DNA of 64,000 nucleotides from an uncultured Collinsella sp. (GCA_959020715.1 CAUESV010000008.1:9047-73046), one strand, 5' to 3'; numbered from the stretch's first letter, positions 9,553-22,470 are shown. A program made the numbers and translations. The notes: generated by a model from the sequence alone, not told the origin.

Positions 9553-10017
9553 CTAGGCGTCGGCCATCTCCTGCTTCATTTTCTCGATAACCTTGCGGTA
9601 CTCGGGGTCGCAAGCACCCAGAATCTGCGTGGCATAGATGGCGGCGTTCTTGGCACCGTTGATGGCAACGCAGGCCACGGGCACGCCCGAAGGCATCTGC
9701 ACCATCGACAGCAGCGAATCCATACCGCCCAGGTCACTCGTCTTCATAGGCACGCCGATAACCGGCAGCGGCGTAAAGGCAGCCACGACACCACCCAGGT
9801 GAGCGGCCTTGCCGGCGGCGGCGATAATCACTTTGATACCGCGATCGGCGGCAGTCGAAGCCCACTCGTGGACCTTCGCCGGCGTGCGGTGCGCGCTCGC
9901 GATCACGAGCTCATAGGGCACACCCAGTGCCTCGAGCTCGGCGGTGCAGCCTTCCATAACGCCCAGATCGGACTTGGAACCCATGATGATCCCGACAACC
10001 GGCTTTTGATCTGCCAT
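9553..10017 (-). CDS. purE: N5-carboxyaminoimidazole ribonucleotide mutase
   Basis: VGIIMGS.SD, SAHRTP, AGKAAHL.G, PVIGVP, SMVQMPSGVPVA. Confidence 0.96.
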   Translation of the reverse strand: MADQKPVVGIIMGSKSDLGVMEGCTAELEALGVPYELVIASAHRTPAKVHEWASTAADRGIKVIIAAAGKAAHLGGVVAAFTPLPVIGVPMKTSDLGGMDSLLSMVQMPSGVPVACVAINGAKNAAIYATQILGACDPEYRKVIEKMKQEMADA

Positions 10018-10172
10018 AAACAAAGACCTCCTGTTGAGAGCGGTGACGCGGCGAATCCGCGACCCTTAACTGCAAATAATTCAAGTATAGCCGCCGATGC
10101 TGATGTGTTCGGCGGGAGACGGAACGCTTTGCGAGATTAAGGCCGAAGGGTCGGAGCTTTCCGCCTACATTC

Positions 10173-10216
10173 AAAAAGCGTGCCCACCGTCCTTGGGTGG
10201 GACGGCGGGCACGCTT
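10173..10216 (-). terminator. Intrinsic terminator after GH31 gene
   Basis: AAGCGTGCCC(A/G)CCGTCC stem, T-tract on minus strand. Confidence 0.75.
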
Positions 10217-10234
10217 GCTTAGCTGTTGCTGGGG

Positions 10235-13200
10235 CTACTTAGCCTTGCTGCGACGATGGAAGAAAGCGCCGATCGCGGCGATGATGGCGCCAAGACCACC
10301 GACGGTCGCGACGGTCGCCGCCGTCTGGTCTCCGGTATTGGGAATCGCCGAACCGTTCTTCTTGCTGCCCTGGGCCTTGTCGCCTGCGGGCTTGCCCGCC
10401 TGGTTGCCGCCGTTCGAGCCATTGCCGGAACCCTGGTTGCCCGAGCCGCCCTGATTGCCGGAATCGGCATCCTTGAGGCTCTCAATAGCCAGCTTGAGCT
10501 GGTCATAGGCCGCCTGGAGCTGGGTGTCGGAAGCATTCTCAGCACCCAAGACGTCCTCGGCGTAGGTAATGGCATCCGTCAGGGCCTTGACAGACTCGGC
10601 CGTCTTGCCCCTAGTGTCAGTCTCCTTCGCCTGCTTGACCAGGGCCTTGAGCTGCTTCTTAGTCGGTTTCTCGACCGGGGCCACCGGGGTCTTCTCGAGC
10701 GCGCCGCGGGCGCTCTCGAGCGCCCTGAGCGCCTGGTCGACCTCGTCCTGCGTGGCTTTCTCGTCGCTCAAGATGGCGCGGGCGCTCGCCAGGGCGTTCT
10801 CGAGCGCCGTCCAGGAGGCCTCGGTGTAGTCACCGGCCTTGAGGTCGCCGGCAGCAACCTCGGCATCAACCTTTTCGATCGCGGTAGCGAGATCATCCTT
10901 CGCCACCGGATCGGGGACGGCCGTACCGTAGAACTTGAGCTCCGCCATGCTGCAGTAGGCATCAACGTTGCCACCGCCGGCGTGAATCACCTTGACGGTC
11001 ACGTAGCGACCGCGCGCGGCGCCAAAGCTCATCTGTTTCCAGTCGCCACGGTCGGTGAGCACGCGGCCGTCATTGTCGAAGGCGAACGTACCCATCGACG
11101 CGGCGGTGCCCATCTCATAACCGTCGGCAGTGTCGGAGACCAGTATCTCGGCCTCGAAGATATCGCCGTTAGTGCCGCCGTCCTGGCGCGGCAGGAATGT
11201 AACGTCGGTGAGATCGTAGTCGCGGCCCAGGTCGACACTCAGATACTGGGGCATACCGGTCCCATGGGCCCAGTCGCTGTGCCAAAGCGTCCGCTCGTCG
11301 CCGTCGAGAGCGTTGACGGCGTTGCTGCCCTCGTAGTCGGCCTCACTCGAGAAGCCGGCCACCTTGACGTTCTTGCGGTTCTCGGGCGTGTTGATAAGAA
11401 TCTTCTCATCGACAGGGCGCATCTTGAGGCCGTCGATTGCCTTCTCGATCTTGGCTGTGGCGTCTGCGACATCCTTCTTGCTATAGCTGCCTTGGCCGCC
11501 GTCGAGGAGCTTCTGAGCCGCCTCGACCGCAGCGGTGAGAGCTGCATAGGAATCCTTAGTGTAGACGGATTCGCTGTAGCCCGCGGCCTCGGAAAGCGCT
11601 GCCACGAGCGCAGAGGTATCGACACCAGCCTTGACTTCGACCTCATAGGATGCGGTCTTGGAGGGGTCGAGTACCGACGCCACCGTGATCTTTGCCTTGC
11701 CGGCCTTGTTGGCACGCAGGTAGTAGCTCACGCTATCGCCAGCCTGAACAGCGGAGACGCTTACCACAGAGGGGTCGGAGCTCTCGACCGTCACATAGGG
11801 GTAGCCGGCGCTCTCAGGCGTGGCCTTGGCGTCGACGAGCGTAACGTCGCCTTCAAAGAACTCGGTCTGGTTCTTGCCTAGCTCGACACCCTCGATGGCC
11901 TCGACACCCTGCGTGTAGTTGAAGTTGACCTCACGCAGTGTGAGCATCTGGTCACCCGATGCCTCAAGCGGCGTGACCTCGACCTTGGTCGCCTTCTTGC
12001 CCTTGTTCTCGGCAGAGAGGCCAAAAGCGTAGCGAGCCCGGAAGGAATCGTACTCCCCGCCCGCGAACTCTTGGGTCGAGCCATCCTCGAACGTCACGAC
12101 AGCCTTGATCTTCTGCACGGTTCCGTTGCCACCGTTGCGGTTAACGACCTCGACACTATCGAGTTTCGAAGGCGTCTTAAATGCGAATGTCATCGTGGTG
12201 GGAAGCTTCACGTAACTCGGAAGCTTACCCTCGCTGTCCCAGTTGCCGCTCCAGTTCCATAGGAACTCAAAGCCGTTGTCGCCCTCGTTATTATCGAACA
12301 GCGCGTTATAGCTCTTCTGCTGGATAAGTTTCTCGACGTTGGTCCCGTCGTCGGTCGTGAGCTCATCGTTGGTCATCGTGATGTTGAAGGCATCCTGACC
12401 GTACTCGGCGACCGTTGGCTGAGGAACATCCGGCATCGTCACCGTGCCGTCGCTCGCAAACTCAAGTGCGTCGCATGCCGGACCGATGAGCCAAGATGTC
12501 GAGGGCAGTTCGACCTTGCCGGCGGTCTTGGCCTTGAGCTTGAAACTCGCCACCGCGCCGGTACCGTTGTAGAGCTTGCCATCGCCGCGGTTGGCAAAGG
12601 CGAGATTGATAGTCTGCGTTCTGTCCGCGAACTGGACCTTCTCGCGAGACAGGTTCTCCATGCCGGCAGTCGAGCCGTCCTGCGCGATGCTCTCGGACAC
12701 AAACTCGAACTGGTCGCTCTTGAAGTTGACGAGAGCGCCCAGGGCGTTGACGTTCTTGGCGTCGGCCGCATAGACATCAACGGTGATCTCATCACCGGCC
12801 TCGACCTCGGTCTTGCTCGGAATCACCGCGAGCGAACCTGCGACCTTGCCCTTTTGTTTAGTGCCGCCGTCAAGACCCGCCATGGTGAACGAGTAATCGT
12901 AGACGTCGTAAACGCCGTTATCGTTGAGGTCGGCGAAGTGGTCGCGGATCTGCGAACCGAACGTCGGGGTATCGGGCTCGCGGTTCTCGAGGCCCAGATA
13001 GTTCTTCATGTTGGAGTAGTCTCCGTCGGAGATCGTGGCCTTGTTGAGGTTGGAGCCCACGGCGAAGCCATCCGTGCCGTCGGTCTTGTAGATGGCAATC
13101 TCGGACGCGGAGAAGAAATTGCCGACCGAGGCGAGCGGTGTCATGCGCACGTAACGGGCGGCCACGGTGCCGTCAAACGCTACCGTCTTACAATCAGCGG

Positions 13201-16200
13201 AACGTGCCCAATCGACCTCCTGGCTCGTCCAGTGGACGCCATCGAGACTCGTCTCAACACGCATCTTGGTCACAGTGCCGTTGCCGGCGTCATCGCGCGG
13301 ATAGTACTCGAGCTTATCGAGCTTGTAAGCGCGTCCATAGTCAACGGTAAGCGCCTTGCCCAGATCGTTGCCACCGGAGTGGAAACCGCCGTCGCCCGAC
13401 TGGAACTCATGGTCGAAGGCAAGCTCGGCCTTATGGCTGCCGTAAAGTGAGCCCTCCCAGGTGATTTCCTCGGCGTCGGGGACGTTCCGCCACGGATCGA
13501 GTGCGGAGTTCGCCTCGAGCACATCGCTCCAGGCGGAGTAACCCTCGGCGTTGCGCGAACGAATCTGGTAGGTGTGCTTGCTATTGTAGGCGAGGTCGGT
13601 GTGCGTGAACTCGGCCGCATCACCCACGGCAAACACAGTGCCGTCGACCTTAAGGTCGTAGGAGGTAGCACCATCGACCTTTCCCCAGGTGAGCTTTATG
13701 CTCGTTGGGGTCGTGACGTCCTCGGGGGCAGCAAGGTTCGTGGGTGCGGAGAGGTTCTCGTTGAGGCGATCGGCTGTGAGCGTGGCGTCGGCATTCACGA
13801 AACCGCCCAGCTCAAGCGTCTGCGCCGCTGCAGCAACATCGGTCTTCGCGAACTTGACGTAGACCTTGGGGTTCGTGGTGATCTTGGTGTTGTTAAAGCT
13901 CTCGCCCTGCTCGGCCTCGGTGCCGTCCGCATCGCTGCCGTAGTGGTTGAGGTTGGGGGTCTCGCTGTAGAAGTAGACCGCCTGGCCGGCCTCGGGGGTC
14001 GCGGCGTCAAAGGTCTCCTGCGAGTCGACCTCAACCACGTTGAGTGCGGATCCGCCGTTCTTGGCGACAACGCTCGTGGGCTTGGCGGACACATTGGCCA
14101 CGAAGGTCGTGGTGCGGTTGGAGTCGTAGCCGTTGTAGCCGCCCTTCGAGGCCTCGGCGGTAAAGGTCGCGGTGCCGCCTGCGGCCTTGGAGCTGTAGAC
14201 GGTGCTCACATGCTCACCGTAGGAGATATTGTCGATCGTGCCGTAGGAATCGTCCTCAGTCGTGTTGTTTTCGATGGAGGAGCCGTCGTCCTCGTACTGC
14301 GTAAAGGTGCCGTCGCCCTCGGTGGCGAAGAACTCGACGATACGCTGACTGCGGTCGGTACCCTTGGTGTTGGTGTCGCTCACTGCCTCGGGGTTGTTGT
14401 TCTCGGCGTACATCGGCACGATAGCGTTGGCCTTCACAAACAGCGGCAGCTTCCAAAGCGGAGCCTCGTAGTTGTTGAGAACCTGGCCGCCGCGATACTG
14501 CTTACCCGAGAAGTAATCGATCCAGATGGTGGGATTCTCGTCGGTGCCGTAGTTGGGGAGGTAAATCCCATTGCGAATGTCGTTGCCGTTCTCGTCTGCC
14601 TGGGTATCCTGATACACCGGTGCCACTAGGAAGTTCTCACCGAACATATACTGGTACTGCGTCGAAGTGCTTGCGGCGTACTCGGAGTTGTCGGAAAGCA
14701 GCATGGCGCGGATCATGGGCAGGCCGGCATCGCCGTTACCCGTGTCGATGTTGGCCGCCGAGGCCGCGCTCGTGTAGATATAGGGCATGAGCTGCGCCTT
14801 GAGCTTGAGGTAGAAGCGCGAGATGCCTGTGTAGGGATCGCCGTGCGTCATGGGCGATTTACGGTAGGTGCCCCAACCGTCCATGTCAAGCATAGAGGGC
14901 GTGAACGTCTTCCACTGGTAGTCACGCGCAGAGATGATGGGGTCGCCGCCAAAGATGCCATCCATGTCGGAGCCGATGTTGGGGTTGCCCGAAAGACTCT
15001 GACCGATATACGTGGGGATATGGAAGCGAATGTACTCCCAGTTACCGCCATACTGGTCGCCGGTCCAAATGCCACCAAAGCGCTGCGTGCCGGCCCAACC
15101 ATCGAGCGTGATGATGTTGGGGCGCTTGTTAGCGCCGGTCGTCACCGTGTCATAAGCTGTCTTGATGCCATTAAGACCAAAGGAGTAGCCAGATCCAACC
15201 CAGGCAACGTCGGTCTTAAGGGTAGAGATGCCTCCCGTCTTGACCTCGGCGTCGAAGTCGCGAAGCAGGTGCCACGGGGTCTCGGAGTTGCTGTCGGGCT
15301 CAAGGTTGGACTGGGTCCACAAGCCCGTGCTCACACCCTTGGAGTTGGCATACTCGGTGAACTTCTTAAGGTTGTCGACATTGGCACGCACAGCGTTAAG
15401 ACGGTCGGCCGAGCTCGTTCCGTCGGAGTTGACGCCGCCGGTCTTGTAGTAACCGTTCTGGCCATAGCCGGCGCCGTAGCCGTCGTTCGGCAGGAACCAA
15501 CCGAGCGGCATGTCGTTGTCCTCGTAGTCATCGATAACCTGCCGAGCAGAGAACTGGCGGTCGAAATCGGTCGCTTTCATGTTCTCGGTATCAACCGAAG
15601 GGCCCTCACCGTTGAGCGTCTCGGCCGCAAGTGTGCCGTCGAGCTTGTAGCCCGTCGACATGCCAGACTCGTACTTAACGTCGCCCTTCTCGCTCGAGGA
15701 CTTGCTGCCCTTGGTCTCCCACTTCTTTTGACCCGAGGTCGTTGACCAGCCATCACGGTTATAGGCATTAAGATGACCAAGGTAGAACCCGTACTCAGGC
15801 AGCAGTACCGGGTTACCGGTCACCTTGTAGTAGTCCTGCAGCATCTCGGTTGCCACGTTCGAAGCGCCCTCGTTGGTCGCCACGAAGTAGTAGGCATCAA
15901 ACTCATTCTCGCTGTGCAAAGTCGTGACCGTCGATGAGTCCGTGGAACCGAAGTCGTAGGAACCCTCTGCAAACGTGTTTCGGAGTACGCCGTAGCCGTC
16001 ACTCGTCCAATAAAACGGGTTGGGCGAGGCAACGCCGCCATCAGTCCAGTTGTTCGTGTTGGAGATGGCGATGGTCTGGTTGGTGTGCAGGAAGCGTCCG
16101 TTCTGGGTGCCGCCGCCAAAGAAGTTCTCGGACTTCTCCTTGGCGAGCGTCTGGACGGTACCCTTCTTATCAAGGTCGAGGGACGCGGACTCGGAAACCA

Positions 16201-16648
16201 CGACACGGTCGCCTGACTTGATACTCATCTTGCCAGTCGCCTTGTCCAGGATCACGGTCGCCTTTCCGCCGGTGATCTCGATAGTGTCGCCCTTGTCGGC
16301 AACCGTCGCGCTCGGCTTGCTGTAGGTGTCCGAGGTATCGGGCTGAGCCTGGATTTTAGCCGTGTGGGACTTACTGCGCGGTGTGGCGTAATCGGAAAAC
16401 TCACCCTTGGGGTCGACGTTATAACGGAAAATACCGTCCTCGAGGAACGTAATACGGCCCTTGATGCCGTCAGCGAAATCGATGTCGACGACATTCGAGG
16501 CAGACTGGGACACGGTCGCTGAGTCGACGCCCTTGAGTGGCGTGGCAATCGCCTGCTGGGGATTGGCAAACACGAGCGTCGCTGCAGTGGCAACGAGGAC
16601 CGCGCTTCCCTTCACCCACCGTTTCGTAAAAATGGAATTCCTGCGCAC
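10235..16648 (-). CDS. Cell-wall-anchored multimodular GH31 glycoside hydrolase, probable alpha-N-acetylgalactosaminidase (Nag31-type)
   Basis: Signal peptide; WFLPNDGYG and KTDVAW motifs; FN3; several F5/8-C (CBM32); dockerin-like DLNDNG..D..D; cohesin-like; Ig-like; FIVAR repeats; IPNTG + TM + basic tail; GTG start after AAAGGAG. Confidence 0.85.
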   Translation of the reverse strand: MRRNSIFTKRWVKGSAVLVATAATLVFANPQQAIATPLKGVDSATVSQSASNVVDIDFADGIKGRITFLEDGIFRYNVDPKGEFSDYATPRSKSHTAKIQAQPDTSDTYSKPSATVADKGDTIEITGGKATVILDKATGKMSIKSGDRVVVSESASLDLDKKGTVQTLAKEKSENFFGGGTQNGRFLHTNQTIAISNTNNWTDGGVASPNPFYWTSDGYGVLRNTFAEGSYDFGSTDSSTVTTLHSENEFDAYYFVATNEGASNVATEMLQDYYKVTGNPVLLPEYGFYLGHLNAYNRDGWSTTSGQKKWETKGSKSSSEKGDVKYESGMSTGYKLDGTLAAETLNGEGPSVDTENMKATDFDRQFSARQVIDDYEDNDMPLGWFLPNDGYGAGYGQNGYYKTGGVNSDGTSSADRLNAVRANVDNLKKFTEYANSKGVSTGLWTQSNLEPDSNSETPWHLLRDFDAEVKTGGISTLKTDVAWVGSGYSFGLNGIKTAYDTVTTGANKRPNIITLDGWAGTQRFGGIWTGDQYGGNWEYIRFHIPTYIGQSLSGNPNIGSDMDGIFGGDPIISARDYQWKTFTPSMLDMDGWGTYRKSPMTHGDPYTGISRFYLKLKAQLMPYIYTSAASAANIDTGNGDAGLPMIRAMLLSDNSEYAASTSTQYQYMFGENFLVAPVYQDTQADENGNDIRNGIYLPNYGTDENPTIWIDYFSGKQYRGGQVLNNYEAPLWKLPLFVKANAIVPMYAENNNPEAVSDTNTKGTDRSQRIVEFFATEGDGTFTQYEDDGSSIENNTTEDDSYGTIDNISYGEHVSTVYSSKAAGGTATFTAEASKGGYNGYDSNRTTTFVANVSAKPTSVVAKNGGSALNVVEVDSQETFDAATPEAGQAVYFYSETPNLNHYGSDADGTEAEQGESFNNTKITTNPKVYVKFAKTDVAAAAQTLELGGFVNADATLTADRLNENLSAPTNLAAPEDVTTPTSIKLTWGKVDGATSYDLKVDGTVFAVGDAAEFTHTDLAYNSKHTYQIRSRNAEGYSAWSDVLEANSALDPWRNVPDAEEITWEGSLYGSHKAELAFDHEFQSGDGGFHSGGNDLGKALTVDYGRAYKLDKLEYYPRDDAGNGTVTKMRVETSLDGVHWTSQEVDWARSADCKTVAFDGTVAARYVRMTPLASVGNFFSASEIAIYKTDGTDGFAVGSNLNKATISDGDYSNMKNYLGLENREPDTPTFGSQIRDHFADLNDNGVYDVYDYSFTMAGLDGGTKQKGKVAGSLAVIPSKTEVEAGDEITVDVYAADAKNVNALGALVNFKSDQFEFVSESIAQDGSTAGMENLSREKVQFADRTQTINLAFANRGDGKLYNGTGAVASFKLKAKTAGKVELPSTSWLIGPACDALEFASDGTVTMPDVPQPTVAEYGQDAFNITMTNDELTTDDGTNVEKLIQQKSYNALFDNNEGDNGFEFLWNWSGNWDSEGKLPSYVKLPTTMTFAFKTPSKLDSVEVVNRNGGNGTVQKIKAVVTFEDGSTQEFAGGEYDSFRARYAFGLSAENKGKKATKVEVTPLEASGDQMLTLREVNFNYTQGVEAIEGVELGKNQTEFFEGDVTLVDAKATPESAGYPYVTVESSDPSVVSVSAVQAGDSVSYYLRANKAGKAKITVASVLDPSKTASYEVEVKAGVDTSALVAALSEAAGYSESVYTKDSYAALTAAVEAAQKLLDGGQGSYSKKDVADATAKIEKAIDGLKMRPVDEKILINTPENRKNVKVAGFSSEADYEGSNAVNALDGDERTLWHSDWAHGTGMPQYLSVDLGRDYDLTDVTFLPRQDGGTNGDIFEAEILVSDTADGYEMGTAASMGTFAFDNDGRVLTDRGDWKQMSFGAARGRYVTVKVIHAGGGNVDAYCSMAELKFYGTAVPDPVAKDDLATAIEKVDAEVAAGDLKAGDYTEASWTALENALASARAILSDEKATQDEVDQALRALESARGALEKTPVAPVEKPTKKQLKALVKQAKETDTRGKTAESVKALTDAITYAEDVLGAENASDTQLQAAYDQLKLAIESLKDADSGNQGGSGNQGSGNGSNGGNQAGKPAGDKAQGSKKNGSAIPNTGDQTAATVATVGGLGAIIAAIGAFFHRRSKAK

Positions 16649-16765
16649 CTGGGCTCCTTTCTTCCGACATGCCGAGGACGCCCCCCCCGGCAGCATGGGA
16701 AAACGTATCAAACGGGGATGTTCGGTACATTCCGCACAATGGGGCCACCCGTTACCAAGGGGCCA

Positions 16766-16960
16766 ACTGGTAGTAACCAGATAGCCACCTACTAGGTCAT
16801 ATCAATATATGGGAGCACTTGCGCAACCAAGTTCGGAAGTCCACCAACGGCAGTAAAATGAGCGTCAACGGCAAGGTAGGCTTAATAAGCCATACCAATT
16901 GGTTCTTCAGTCAAATACCAATCTAGCAAAAATGTACTGTTTATCTGGTATTACACAGAC
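16766..16960. promoter_or_regulatory. Cluster of putative GntR/HutC-family (NagR/DasR-like) operator sites upstream of GH31
   Basis: ACTGGTAGTAACCAGA (16766), ACTAGGTCATATCAAT (16791), AATAAGCCATACCAAT (16884), TCAAATACCAAT (16911), TCTGGTATTACACAGA (16944). Confidence 0.4.
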
Positions 16961-16964
16961 CATA

Positions 16965-17010
16965 CCTTTCCCTCGGGAACTGGGCTTCGCGAAGTTTCCC
17001 GAGGGAAAGG
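16965..17010. repeat. Palindromic repeat, copy 1
   Basis: CCTTTCCCTCGGGAA-CTGGGCTTCGCGAAGT-TTCCCGAGGGAAAGG; inverted copy at 17471. Confidence 0.8.
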
Positions 17011-17097
17011 CTCAGCCGCCACCCTGCGACCTACCGGGGGTTGCCATGGCGTACGTTGGCTGATTTGGTTTGGATAAAAAGGTTGGCGGAGAGTGAT

Positions 17098-17298
17098 GGG
17101 CAGTTAGTTCAGATACGTATAATTTGGCCGTGGCCTTGGGCACGAAACTGCCGCTTGGAAGCCGGCGCGGACCCAGTATTGGGCCGTTCCCAGCTTGACA
17201 GAGCGTCTTTATCGATTCAGATTGCCAAAAATAGGCTGAATGAGTCCAAATCGATCTTCTCCTACTCTCTAGAAAACACGAATTTGAACTAACTGTCC
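17098..17298. mobile_element. Possible MITE-like element with ~21-bp terminal inverted repeats
   Basis: GGGCAGTTAGTTCAGATACGT (17098) versus ACGAATTTGAACTAACTGTCC (to 17298); non-coding, AT-richer interior. Confidence 0.4.
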
Positions 17299-17339
17299 AG
17301 AGGCGTCCTCGACTAACAGTAAAAAGGCCTCCATACAAA

Positions 17340-17392
17340 GAGTGGGCCCTGCCGCTCGAACGAACGGCAGGGCCCACACTCACTTTCTTTTT
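17340..17392 (+). terminator. Hairpin followed by T-rich tract
   Basis: GTGGGCCCTGCCG...CGGCAGGGCCCAC then TTTCTTTTT. Confidence 0.5.
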
Positions 17393-17470
17393 CAGCCCTA
17401 GTCATCGCGCAAAGCCCCTTCGGCAGCACACGGTGCAGCCAAGTCACCGCAGGCCGGGGCGGGAGGCGGT

Positions 17471-17515
17471 CCTTTCTCTCGGAAAACTTCGCGAAGCCCA
17501 GTTTCCGAGAGAAAG
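17471..17515. repeat. Palindromic repeat, copy 2 (inverted relative to copy 1)
   Basis: CCTTTCTCTCGGAAA-ACTTCGCGAAGCCCAG-TTTCCGAGAGAAAG, nested in GGCCGGGGCGG...CCGCCCCGGCC. Confidence 0.8.
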
Positions 17516-17547
17516 TGTCCGGCTGCCGCCCCGGCCGGCCAGGTCAA

Positions 17548-20862
<3,315 letters not shown>

Positions 20863-20960
20863 GTTTAAAACCTCCTAGAGAGGCTGACTCAATGTTTTGG
20901 AAAAGTCAGCGAGGGTGCAGCTGGTGCATCAGGTTGCCGTGATGCGAGGGCGCGCTGGGC

Positions 20961-22466
20961 TTATGCCCGCGCGTCCGAAGCAGAACGGCAAGATGATGTG
21001 CCAGATGTAGCCGCAGCGTCGACCGGTCCGCCGTTCGGTAGAACGGCGGAACCATCGTCGGCGAAATTCCAGCCAGCCAGGCGGTCCTTCGCGGTGTCGA
21101 TGTCCAGGTAGTTCTCCTCGCCGTCCATGAGTCGCGTAAAGGCGGTAAAGAGATAGTGGGCATCGGTGGGGCCAGGCGAGGCCTCGGGGTGGTACTGGAC
21201 CGAGAAGCACGGGGCGTCGAGCAGCTGGATGCCCTCGGCGGTGCCGTCGTTGAGGTTCACATGTGTTAGGCGAATGCGGCCGAATCGCTCGTTCATCACG
21301 ACCGGCGCGATTCCGCGGCGCACCCAGACGCGCAGATCTCCATCGGCCGCATGCTCGGTCTCGCCGCCGGAAAGCTCGGGGACAAGCTTGCCCAAGCTGG
21401 GGAACAGCAGGCCAAAGCCATGGTTTTGTGCGGTGATCTCCACGCGACGGCTTACCAGGTTCATGACCGGCTGGTTGCCACCGCGGTGACCGAACTTAAG
21501 CTTTTCCATCTGGGCGCCGCAGGCCAGGCTGATCATCTGGTGACCAAGACAAATACCAAAGACCGGCACCTTGCCGATCAGCTGCTGCACCTGCTCGTAG
21601 GTCTCCACCACGGCGTCGGGGTCGCCGGGGCCGTTGGACAAAAAGACGCCATCGGGATTCATGTCGAGCACCTCACTCGCGGGCGTATCCCACGGCACGA
21701 CAGTAAGGTCGCAGCCGGCGCGGACAAGGCCCTCCAGAATGCCGCGCTTGACGCCGCAGTCGTAGGCAACCACTTTGTGGCAGGCAGGAGCGGCAGGGGC
21801 AAGCGCAAAGTCATGCGTAGCGGGCAGGTCGCTCGCAGTAAAGGCATGGGGCTCGGGGCAGCTCACGGTCTTGACCAAGTTCTCGCCCACCAACGTGGGG
21901 GCTGCGGCCAGACGCTCGGCAAGTTCGTCGACGTCAAAGACCTCGGTCGAGATAATGCCCATCTTGGAGCCGTTGTCCCGCAGGTGGCGCACCAGAGCGC
22001 GGGTGTCGACGCCCTCGATGGCGACGATACCGTGGGCGCGCAGGTACTCCGGCACGCTTTCGGCAGAACGCCAGTTAGAAGGCGTGGCGCACATGTCGCG
22101 TACGATCATGCCGCGCATGGCCGGAGCGCTCGCAGGGCGAGCGGCGTCACCGGGGAAGGCCGACTGGACGTCAGTCTCATCGATACCGTAGTTGCCGATC
22201 TGCGGATAGGTCATGGTTACGATTTGGCCGGCATAGCTCGGATCGGTCATAACCTCAAAATAGCCCTCAAGCGAGGTGTTGAAGCAGACTTCGCCGGTCG
22301 CGGTGCCCTCGGCACCGCATGCACGGCCATAAAAAATGGTCCCATCCTCAAGGTACAGGATGCAGGGACCGCAGGTGCCCTTGCTAGTTTTGGCCAGCAT
22401 GCGCTGGCAAAGCTCGCTGGGCGCGAAGGTGCGGGCAGCAGTGCCCGCAGTATGGTTGTTCGCCAT
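20961..22466 (-). CDS. carA: Carbamoyl-phosphate synthase small subunit (with insertions and extensions)
   Basis: GEVCFNT, TDPSYAGQ, SNGPGDP, GICLGHQ, QNHGF, VQYHPEASPGP. Confidence 0.97.
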   Translation of the reverse strand: MANNHTAGTAARTFAPSELCQRMLAKTSKGTCGPCILYLEDGTIFYGRACGAEGTATGEVCFNTSLEGYFEVMTDPSYAGQIVTMTYPQIGNYGIDETDVQSAFPGDAARPASAPAMRGMIVRDMCATPSNWRSAESVPEYLRAHGIVAIEGVDTRALVRHLRDNGSKMGIISTEVFDVDELAERLAAAPTLVGENLVKTVSCPEPHAFTASDLPATHDFALAPAAPACHKVVAYDCGVKRGILEGLVRAGCDLTVVPWDTPASEVLDMNPDGVFLSNGPGDPDAVVETYEQVQQLIGKVPVFGICLGHQMISLACGAQMEKLKFGHRGGNQPVMNLVSRRVEITAQNHGFGLLFPSLGKLVPELSGGETEHAADGDLRVWVRRGIAPVVMNERFGRIRLTHVNLNDGTAEGIQLLDAPCFSVQYHPEASPGPTDAHYLFTAFTRLMDGEENYLDIDTAKDRLAGWNFADDGSAVLPNGGPVDAAATSGTSSCRSASDARA

Positions 22467-22470
22467 AATT

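Noticed and set aside
17012..17383. Short ORFs (123 aa minus, 83 aa plus) within the repeat-bounded spacer
   Set aside because: No coding bias or motifs; they run through inverted repeats.
20871..20888. TCCTAGAGAGGCTGA resembling a PyrR loop before carB
   Set aside because: It is on the non-transcribed strand and is largely the complement of the carB RBS.
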